64,000 nucleotides of DNA, taken from assembly GCA_976226885.1 (NCBI GenBank), contig OZ320316.1:12028001-12092000 (forward strand). Direction: 5' to 3'. Of this stretch, positions 59,701 to 64,000 are shown piece by piece. The notes beneath the pieces were generated by a model that worked only from the letters and a program-made list of their open reading frames with translations, searched no databases and was not told where the DNA came from. Within the stretch, counting starts at the first letter, position 1. The number at the start of each line of letters is the position of its first letter. The position numbers and the translations under genes are program-made. The DNA is from Iphione sp. A-MEVVRFRX5. Taxonomy: Eukaryota.

Positions 59701-61985
59701 TGGTAACGCCACACTGTCATTTCCCCCAAACCACATGTGACCAGTTCATCCCTCACCGGGTTGAGAGGCATGGAGAGAACGGGCCGTAAGTCTGCACTGA
59801 CCCTGCAGGTCTCATCAAAGTCCCAGTTAATCACCTGCAGGTAAAGACCCTGTTGAATAAATCACCTTGGGACAGAAGCCCGGCCACACCGGCGGTAACA
59901 TCACCTTCGACCACCTCGTTCAACACTGCACTGACCCGCCTAATCAAGGCTGTGTTTCATCACCTGCTGGCAAAAAACCTTAGACCTTAATTAACTTACC
60001 ACCTGAGGAGAGAAGATTAGGCTAACTCAGCATGCCTTGCTAATATTCTAGCACCCCCACCTTTCCCAGAAAAGGACAGAAAAGCAGAAACCTTTTAATC
60101 TTATTAACGCACGCAGATCATCAAAACGTATTACAGTTCCACATCTTTCAACTAACCCTGCCAGAAAAAAAAATACAATAAAGTTTCCTTTTTCTGCCGG
60201 ACTGAAGTCATCTTAGCGGGAAACATATGCAGACATATGTACTAATCATGATACTTAATTCATAAATAAACCAACTACATAACATGTACTGTTGTCCAGA
60301 GACTTGTACTAGTCCTGGCTTTTATGTGTTATGCATGTTATGTGTTAAGCAGGGCCTGTACTGGCCCTGGTCATTACATTTCCAGACATTACTCCGGGTT
60401 AACCCCAGCCGAAGCTTATCTGGGACCTATACTGGTTCACGCTTGTTGGAAACCCGGGCTAGCCCCAGGCAGAGTTGCACTCTTATAAAAGAGACAATGC
60501 AGAGGAGTTGAGTTCAGTTGTTGTAAGTTTACTGAGCTGCAATAAACCTCTCAAAATCAAACTTGGTATGGCTCTGCGATCGGGGTAAACACGGGGGGGA
60601 GGGGGGTGGACAGCTATTCTGGTGAAGCGTTATGGGTGCATTTTAATTCTTGGTGAAGCATTATTTGGTCCTCAAAATCAAGGTGAAGCGTTATCCAACA
60701 TTTTCTGGTCAATGGGGATCAAGCAATATATTCTTGGTGAAGCGTTATCTGCTCTTTTTTTGAGCGTTATATATGATTCTGAGTCTTGGTGAAGCATTAT
60801 TGGGTACCCCCTGTCCCCCCTCCCCTGTGTGAACAGCATAATACTTTGATGACGTTGGGACCCCTGAGGGCTTCCCCTGTGGCGGAGGCTCCCAGCAGAA
60901 TGTCCTTCAGAGCTGTCTACCTGGCTTGTGTTTGTCTATACATGTATTAGTCTGGGCCAGGCAGATGCTCAGTCATTATTGTTCTTAAGCCGAATTCCTG
61001 TCTCGATGTTGCATGTTCATGCATGTTCACCATGGTTTTGGTGCATTTACGATAACAGCAGGAGTGTATCCATACACGTGTGTAGCGTGTAGTGTATTGC
61101 ATGTCTTCGTGTATCATATTTTTACACGCTCAGATGATTTTGCATAAGAACATGTCCACATTCCACTGTGATCCATGGCCATGTGTGTGTATGTGTGTGT
61201 GTTCAGAATGGGAACTATGGTTGATTACTGAAGTGTAAATGATGAACACGTTACACAGACATATGAGAATATTGCTTGACATCCGTACACACTACACCGG
61301 CAAAAGACCGATCGCCTCACACATAAACAATGTCGTTAATGATGCTACGACATCACAGGTCAAACTACTAAAGCCCACGTGCTGCTAGTATAAATCAACA
61401 TGGGCTGTATCTTCCCAAGCCCGAATCAACCACTTCTACTGATTAGATTTTAACGAAATATATACCAAATAAACGCTCACGGTTCAAGAAAGAAAATGAG
61501 CCATAGCATTGCATCCTATGGCCATTATTAACGATTCTATGCCATGTAAAATCTCGCCACTGATTCGAAGTAAACATGACATTTCCCACAAGTCTGCGAA
61601 TCAAAGTAAATAAAATCATTATGACATATTTCTGCGATCAGTCCATTTGGGCCTTATTCTCATGTGATAAACTTCCCTAAATTTACTCATTTATCATGTT
61701 CTTTGCTACGGAGTGGACGCAACAACAATTAAAGCTGGAATAATGGGCCTTTCCCCACAATGTAGTCAATAGTCACACTCAAGGAACACATTTACACGTA
61801 CTTCATTAACAGAGGCATACCTGAACCCTCTGAGGTGTGATGTCGTACGCTTGCTCAGAGGTCTGCTGAACTTACCTTAACCGAAAAGTCTTTGCTGAGG
61901 ACAAAGTAGACGTTATACTTCCGAGCATACACCAAGTAGGTGATCAGACGATATTCGTACTTTGGGAAGGACATGGCCCTTTGAA
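8712..61985 (-). CDS. WDR87: Multi-exon gene: WD40-repeat protein, WDR87/WDR97-like, 5'-incomplete (28 exons traced, listed separately)
   Basis: GT-AG exons with matching phases from 61985 to 37343 and from 31110 to the stop at 8712. The WD40 segment AVTSLDVCYSLRIFLSASTDGALKIWD...FLNDHGDITIAF resembles WDR87 as I recall it ([27 protein letters not shown]...FANDRGDLLVTF). WDR87 vs WDR97 orthology is not resolved. Confidence 0.65.
9720..10200. repeat. ~181-bp tandem repeat, ~2.7 copies
   Basis: ATTGTGT(A)GGTGATTC at ~9720, 9902 and 10084. Confidence 0.88.
11270..11704 (-). CDS. Exon E27, Pro/Ser/Thr-rich
   Basis: (cct)n ccag|...|gtaaaa; 435 nt, 1->1; PLEYKDTTHLLTFPSWL...PPSSPNPM. Confidence 0.78.
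11705..12150. repeat. (GGA)n / purine-rich low-complexity tract
   Basis: ~18 perfect GAG units from 11707, then a degenerate GA-rich tract. Confidence 0.95.
13526..13577 (-). CDS. Exon E26
   Basis: ccttgtcag|...|gtgagt; 52 nt, 0->1; DASDASTDMQQEETAPE. Confidence 0.8.
15827..16072 (-). CDS. Exon E25
   Basis: cgttacag|...|gtaatc; 246 nt, 0->0; RAPSAAKQRTAKPK...IIIPSEEK. Confidence 0.85.
16465..16566 (-). CDS. Exon E24
   Basis: ggtctag|...|gtaagc; 102 nt, 0->0; DKKAREKQEELKRARSARLDIKKPSLEESPTSSK. Confidence 0.85.
17517..17879 (-). CDS. Exon E23, E/R/K-rich coiled coil
   Basis: ttgtcccag|...|gtgaga; 363 nt, 0->0; VREIIKKEKK...EEELRRKREEEAK...LVDELIEK. Confidence 0.9.
18600..19180. repeat. ~157-bp tandem repeat, ~3.5 copies
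   Basis: GTTACCCCGCTACCATAGTTGAT...GCCCACAAATGTGA recurring. Confidence 0.85.
20452..20680. mobile_element. Foldback MITE with ~58-bp imperfect TIRs
   Basis: 20452-20508 and 20623-20680 are inverted; related segments occur near 21900-22090, 41450-41560 and 44630-44780. Confidence 0.65.
21267..21332 (-). CDS. Probable exon E22
   Basis: gaatag|66 nt|gtatgg, 0->0; KRAQAVPLETIPEVQSPTPPRK (an alternative acceptor lies 12 nt downstream). Confidence 0.55.
23796..24085 (-). CDS. Exon E21
   Basis: ctttaaacag|...|gtgggt; 290 nt, 1->0; SGQASPKGERKQK...DSAQEEEE. Confidence 0.85.
24190..24650. repeat. ~62-bp minisatellite, ~7 copies
   Basis: CTATTAGACTGTTTACCCTGCAGGACTGGGGACAC recurring. Confidence 0.9.
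25058..25139 (-). CDS. Exon E20
   Basis: ctttctcag|...|gtgagt; 82 nt, 0->1; GGRSTPEDWSWESEDYEDESGPEDEAD. Confidence 0.82.
26833..27017 (-). CDS. Exon E19
   Basis: ttcctcag|...|gtaagt; 185 nt, 1->0; ERRRELRRKKPRTITFNIPPKIDP...SDCSWLSYST. Confidence 0.82.
27075..27296 (+). repeat. Dispersed ~220-bp element with multimerised AATAACGCTTCACC(AAGAATT) core (representative copy)
   Basis: ACAGGGG...CCTGT-type ends. Other copies at ~14115-14337, 14775-15026, 15458-15725, 20005-20090, 54897-54992 (-) and 60589-60830 (-). Confidence 0.7.
27577..27769 (-). CDS. Exon E18
   Basis: actttcag|cag (NAGNAG) ...|gtaagt; 193 nt, 0->1; QDPLPNMEEEAKPDHAPSEIYDSPR...RKKMTP; other frames closed. Confidence 0.85.
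29296..29334 (-). CDS. Probable exon E17
   Basis: aaatag|39 nt|gtaaag, 0->0; PHKTGPSLFLDMQ. Confidence 0.5.
31027..31110 (-). CDS. Exon E16
   Basis: ctcacctgtacag|...|gtaagt; 84 nt, 0->0; VPYKAALAKEFSEGGKYVGVESPTNLQE. Confidence 0.75.
31651..31995. repeat. 86-bp tandem repeat, 4 copies
   Basis: GAAA(T/A)TGACATAT at 31651, 31736, 31822 and 31908. Confidence 0.9.
32833..34984 (-). mobile_element. 5'-truncated non-LTR retrotransposon (L2/CR1-group LINE)
   Basis: RT motifs NYRPISVL, FLDISKAFDTV, GVPQGSVLGP, YADD, YKYLG. 3' UTR with hairpin CAGCC-TTAT-GGCTG, AATAAA and A15 tail (polyT at 32833-32847). Endonuclease domain absent. Clade not determinable by eye. Confidence 0.9.
33122..34984 (-). 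pseudogene. LINE ORF2 fragment (RT) with one in-frame stop
   Basis: ORFs 34112-35002 and 33122-34087 are in the same frame, joined by QRT*VNGQESSTLKINTG (TGA at 34112-34114). Confidence 0.9.
35944..35994 (-). CDS. Probable exon E15 (reading frame unresolved)
   Basis: ggttttag|51 nt GC-rich|gtaagg. Open as VSNQSVPSEGATDDDGA (phase 1) or CLTKAFRRRAPLTTMEQ (phase 0). Confidence 0.6.
36500..37230. repeat. ~125-bp minisatellite with (TG)n, ~5 copies
   Basis: ACAATGGGACAGGGT(A/G)TTGACTGATTTTAACTG recurring. Confidence 0.85.
36857..37031 (-). mobile_element. Short insertion with terminal hairpin (Helentron/HINE-like?) inside a minisatellite
   Basis: Interrupts one ~125-bp unit; GCGCC-TAC-GGCGC hairpin at 36861-36873; diverged copy at ~13631-13775. 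Confidence 0.45.
37343..37497 (-). CDS. WD40 gene exon E14
   Basis: tctttcag|...|gtagga; 155 nt, 2->1; TDGALKIWDESKTQLAEFQLDESLTSACFLNDHGDITIAFKNHIFFIDRAK. Confidence 0.92.
37598..37790 (-). repeat. Dispersed SINE/LINE-tail-like repeat; empty paralogue of the DIRS target
   Basis: Aligns to both DIRS flanks (48233-48343 and 52709-52732); a further copy lies at ~41670-41850. Confidence 0.75.
38088..38199 (-). CDS. WD40 gene exon E13
   Basis: ctaaacag|...|gtgaat; 112 nt, 1->2; LREGITATFAGFDKAGHREAVTSLDVCYSLRIFLSA. Confidence 0.88.
38220..38680. repeat. Degenerate short-period repeat (AAAGATAACTTCAG core)
   Basis: Repeated AAAGATAACTTCA / CAGATT motifs. Confidence 0.6.
38849..39023. mobile_element. 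Diverged CAGT-ended MITE
   Basis: TA|CAGTATCCCCTT...AAGGTGACACTG|TA, with similar internal GACCACT/CTCT motifs. Confidence 0.55.
39120..39256. repeat. 69-bp perfect tandem duplication
   Basis: AGAAAAAAGCTGGG at 39120 and 39189. Confidence 0.9.
39762..39855 (-). CDS. WD40 gene exon E12
   Basis: cacttctaag|...|gtaagt (AAG acceptor); 94 nt, 0->1; DEVLLTGHVSGAILCHTLSPVVNGSNIVKPK. Confidence 0.82.
40407..40559 (-). CDS. WD40 gene exon E11
   Basis: gtccccag|...|gtaagt; 153 nt, 0->0; ISHIKHDERHQTLVTRCDLGDACLLQLWNLP...VTVFTRL. Confidence 0.88.
41017..41091 (-). CDS. WD40 gene exon E10
   Basis: ttcttacag|...|gtgagt; 75 nt, 0->0; DGRILFMDPLIKGKRYLEFRANKDA. Confidence 0.88.
42673..42853 (-). CDS. 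WD40 gene exon E9
   Basis: tttctcag|...|gtaagt; 181 nt, 2->0; PSSAVFGGKGGFHRATLE...QHRYLLLGLE. Confidence 0.88.
47072..47150. repeat. 29-bp tandem repeat, ~2.7 copies
   Basis: TCAATATGAGACAG at 47072, 47101 and 47130. Confidence 0.9.
47291..47401 (-). CDS. WD40 gene exon E8
   Basis: cttgcag|...|gtatcg; 111 nt, 2->2; SDPACRMAVWDLLDIQTKLLTEVQTKEKQGKDANDK. Confidence 0.85.
47501..47850. repeat. 69-bp minisatellite, 5 copies
   Basis: TCTGTACC(C)GGACAAAG every 69 bp; explains the spurious 23-aa-repeat ORFs. Confidence 0.9.
48344..48459 (-). repeat. DIRS right ITR plus terminal extension
   Basis: 48398-48459 matches the left ITR; 48343-48425 is a perfect 83-bp inverted copy of 48539-48621. Confidence 0.92.
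48539..48657 (-). repeat. DIRS internal complementary region (ICR)
   Basis: 48539-48621 is complementary to the right end (83/83) and 48624-48657 to the left end 52675-52708 (34/34). Confidence 0.92.
48703..49830 (-). CDS. DIRS ORF3: tyrosine recombinase (integrase)
   Basis: Catalytic motifs SCGR, HSTR, GMWSN...TFY; N-terminal core-binding region WRSKT...Y...W; overlaps the ORF2 3' end as is typical of DIRS. Confidence 0.95.
   Translation of the reverse strand: MSAEAGLQTTTSCCPCHSKMAKPSMVQQSPQHDVLPAYGVPKKSLQPVRSQAAPSNGAYRNYGASLLRAAVDLKRLSKSVKDIIFQSWRSKTRLLYDSYLNRWNTLCFVKGWDPLYPQLRQPLQFLLNLFNKGVRYSALNTARSALSAVLPKYDGVAFGKHPDTVRLLSGFFNLRPPIARLNYVWDVQLVLEFLRGWKPNKSLSLKKLTQKCLVLMLLASCGRLQTIQSVNIPNIHFLADGSVQINFSSTLKHSRKGRPASKMFLHPFTKHPSICVLRCLKSYISVTAALRGTANQLFISFKPPHRPVSTATLSRWTKEVLSMAGIDISKFTAHSTRSASVSKLSKMGVPINDIMKKGMWSNASTFKTFYLKDIA
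49629..51500 (-). CDS. DIRS ORF2: reverse transcriptase - RNase H - DAM-like methyltransferase; nonsense codon near the N-terminus
   Basis: RT YIDDILI, RNaseH SDASEFGWG / HINVLEIKAI / SDNTTAIAYIN, MT VDLFASRLN...DAFSLDW...CPPF. Upstream in-frame FVAGCLSSCKRR*QTLSSDFEVLQAIGGY with TAG at 51444-51446. Confidence 0.93.
51485..52429 (-). CDS. DIRS ORF1 (gag-like), probably internally shortened
   Basis: 314-codon ORF at the gag position; first ATG at ~52396 (MASPPFSLD); basic, Ser/Pro-rich. Confidence 0.7.
   Translation of the reverse strand: MVFIRLIPVTSMASPPFSLDSFLDEEVDMAKKKGKKTARGLKKTPQSKKRSDSVGSSEPPAKKSRDVSPDRQSKGQSTSGAPHNTPPTSPPPTLTPQTIAAANQPGSGSPGAGTTPDAPTDPLLQAILSLQQTFVSGIQSVGSSIQSLDSSLGKNLADGINVIADTVAALGDPQPCPVPRGGGDRVQDGQDGAHAAGSKSRKRKREHSVSSSGSSSGGEAASSDEGPANEPEDFLDSASAELSTDPTVGPPAKDKVVGFMDKCVHSPIGYEFFTNLKKSYPVPSQFQQQQANVQPLMALPAPPQKQVMGAQVRK
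52641..52708 (-). repeat. DIRS left inverted terminal repeat
   Basis: 52641-52702 is the reverse complement of 48398-48459 with 3 mismatches in 62 bp. Confidence 0.92.
54576..54737 (-). CDS. WD40 gene exon E7
   Basis: tttttccag|...|gtaggt; 162 nt, 2->2; IRILSRATRKSVSLVMPPPPV...HLWLYTN. Confidence 0.88.
54996..55423. repeat. 130-bp minisatellite, ~3.3 copies, starting at the E6 donor
   Basis: TTAA(C/T)CCTTTCCAT at 55139, 55269 and 55399. Confidence 0.9.
55424..55630 (-). CDS. WD40 gene exon E6
   Basis: cacttcag|...|gtgagt; 207 nt, 2->2; LVVSTEGVRWMGL...STRLVAVGEDS. Confidence 0.9.
56968..57133 (-). CDS. WD40 gene exon E5
   Basis: ttggcag|...|gtaagt; 166 nt, 1->2; canonical WD repeat KVWSITGGLVHTFRGHAQAVTDL...SSLDGTIRMWSLD. 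Confidence 0.92.
57472..57551 (-). CDS. WD40 gene exon E4
   Basis: ctgcag|...|gtaagt; 80 nt, 2->1; AHAMSITGCAYSMQARHLVTASADRE. Confidence 0.9.
57824..58003. mobile_element. Second copy of the CAGT-ended MITE, opposite orientation
   Basis: TA|CAGCGGAACCCCTCTACTA...GAGGGGTTCCAG|TA; internal sequence is the reverse complement of 63124-63301. Confidence 0.7.
58390..58526 (-). CDS. WD40 gene exon E3
   Basis: ctttcag|...|gtaagc; 137 nt, 0->2; YELKNVGGSWVKKVELDLQQQHLYCCSDTDLQAYDMDGNSLFRFE. Confidence 0.9.
59469..59666 (-). CDS. WD40 gene exon E2
   Basis: cctacag|...|gtaagt; 198 nt, 0->0; VMNRDFDETCRV...DELVTGGVGGTKVWRY...KLTLK. Confidence 0.9.
61876..61985 (-). CDS. WD40 gene exon E1 (first confidently traced)
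   Basis: ttttcacag|...|gtaagt; 110 nt, phase 1->0; QRAMSFPKYEYRLITYLVYARKYNVYFVLSKDFSVK. Confidence 0.85.
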
Positions 61986-63123
61986 CTGTGAAAAAAAAAC
62001 AGCAAAAACTGAGTTTGGAGCAAACAAGAGACGGGATTGTAACAAGCGATTGGATCGACCTTTGAGGTCTATGGTTGCCCCATCTCTACCACCAATTGTC
62101 ATACTTACTTAATGACTTATAATGCCCGAAGGGACACACTTGACCAGCACAATGTCCCATCCCACCCAGCAGACCTATGTTGATTGCATGTTCATATTTT
62201 TTTCTTTTTCTGATATAAAAAATACCTTCAAATCATACCGTAAATAAGCCAGTGCCAAGTGTCGACATGGTAAAATACTAAAAAGAAATCCACGCGTTTA
62301 ACGCACATATTTAGGAGGAAATAGACCCACAACATCCTGATAGACAGACAGACAGAAAAACAGACAGTCAGACTGAAAGACATACATACGGTGTCCTCCT
62401 TTTGGAGGGAGGGGGGGGGCAAAAAACTAAATTCTGCATGACAGAGGTTCAGATGGGCAGGTCAACCAGAGTGAGGGGAACAGATGGACATTCAAGACTC
62501 CACGTCCGAAGAGAGACATACATACGTGCGACTTTAAATATGTAAAGAATTGGTTGGGAGCACTGGGAAGCAGTTTTGGTAGACTTTAATGACAAACAGA
62601 TCCAACAGTTGACAACAATCATAATATGTACCACAAACTTTCGGGTGACGTGTGCACTTTTCCTCAGGTGGAGGTTGAACTTTGTTCACGCTTCAAGGGT
62701 TTTCAGACCTTATAATACGTTAAATATCTATCAGCTGCAGCTAGATTCATTCAGAATTCTGCGTATTTCGAGTACGTTTTGGATTTAACGTTTGGATATA
62801 ACGTTTCCAAGTCCTCATTCTGATATTTTATTTCATAATTGTTGACAGACATGAACAGCTGTTTGTCCTGTTTTGTCACGTCCCTTCCCAGGTGAACGGG
62901 TCACGTGCTCGCCATCTTCAGTGGTGTTACCAAATAGAAAGATCATATATTTGCTGCAGAAGATGACATGTGCGCAAAACGGATGAAGTCAGTGAGTACA
63001 CTTAAGGACCCGATATATTAAAACTCTGTTAAATCCCTGAAACAGCTATCCTACCTTCAAAGTCATATTGTGTGGTATTTGCACTTAATGTGGCAGTTAT
63101 ATTTTACTGCACTTTTATTTATA

Positions 63124-63301
63124 CAGTGGAACCCCTCTACTAAGGACACCCTCTATAAATGACACCCCCCACTATGGACATACTAGAAACAGAACCAAAT
63201 CTATATGATCATGTTTAAATACTCCTGCTATAAAGGACACCCCTCTCTACGGACAGTTTTTGGTCAGTCCCTTTGCTGTTCGTAGTAGAGAGGTTCCACT
63301 G
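63124..63301. mobile_element. Tc1/mariner-like MITE
   Basis: TA|CAGTGGAACCCCTCTACTA ... TAGTAGAGAGGTTCCACTG|TA; 19-bp TIR with 1 mismatch; TA on both sides. Confidence 0.8.
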
Positions 63302-64000
63302 TAACACATATTCCTTGATGATCTTTGTATTACAGAGAATGGAAGAAAGACTTAACACTAACATATCCGAATCCTTTTCATTATATTAATTTTCATTCAG
63401 AAATAGCATCTCTTCCGATACTAGAAATGGTTTCTATGATAAAAAGCTTGTATGTTTCCTAGAAATTCTTTCAGAAATCGAATATTCTCAGGTGCTGAGA
63501 GAGCGATAATAAAAGCCCTCTAGTTCCACCTGTAAAAATATGACAGATTCAGGTCCAGCTAGAATATGATTCAAAATCACCTTCTCATTGAACTGGGTTC
63601 ATTATTTGAAAACAAATTCATATGCATGCAACTGACATCACAATAAACAGCCATCTCCTAAGATTACTGACAAAAATAATCAAGTTTTCCAGCAATTTCA
63701 TAAATCTGTGTATTCATGGTTGCACAGCTCGTATGTAAACACATGGAAATCATCTCAACTTTCATTTTGGTAGAATCTGTTGTAAAATACGTACAACGAG
63801 ACACCAGATCAGAGGGGAGACCAAGTTGGCACAGAGACCAATATCACTAAGTACAGAATCAATGCAGAGTTATGTCTAATAATACCGAACCGGGGAGGGA
63901 CCGAAAGTGGCCAGTTCCAACTTTGGTCTCCTACACGGCTCTCACCTGTATCTGTAAAATGATACAATGATCAATATTTCAGGTCATAAATGAAGATTTT

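Noticed and set aside
60589-60830. Repeat-spacer pattern (GGTGAAGC(G/A)TTAT with unique spacers) resembling a CRISPR array
   Set aside because: The repeats are short and degenerate, spacer lengths vary widely, there are no cas genes, the context is a eukaryotic intron, and it is one of several dispersed copies of a MITE-like family.
62880-62990. E-box plus YY1-like AAGATGGCG motif as a transcription start of the WD40 gene
   Set aside because: The ATG is followed by a stop after 4 codons, and similarity to WDR87 suggests more coding sequence upstream, outside the window.
1-64000. rRNA, tRNA or other structured ncRNA genes
   Set aside because: No cloverleaf with A/B boxes or rRNA/snRNA signature was recognisable by eye; a tRNAscan-SE or Infernal run would be needed to exclude them fully.

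Overview
Animal (invertebrate-like) genomic window, rich in repeats. Most of it is one large minus-strand multi-exon gene: 28 coding exons traced from 61985 down to a TAG stop at 8712, about 1,520 codons, with the 5' end outside the window. It encodes a WDR87/WDR97-like protein with N-terminal WD40 repeats and an acidic, coiled-coil and Pro/Ser-rich C-terminus. Splice phases chain consistently except for one gap between 35944 and 31110. Its introns hold a structurally complete DIRS1-type tyrosine-recombinase retrotransposon (48344-52708: ITRs, ICR, gag, RT-RNaseH-MT, YR), a 5'-truncated L2/CR1-group LINE (32833-34984), several MITE families and many minisatellites. The most striking pattern is that at least 7 of the 28 exons have one end, including the splice site, tandemly duplicated into the neighbouring intron, creating ladders of decoy donors or acceptors. 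The DIRS insertion site can be reconstructed from an empty paralogous repeat in the same window. The DIRS right end carries a strong sense-strand acceptor/donor pair. There is one assembly gap (6471-6632). All family calls are from motif recognition by eye; no searches were run.
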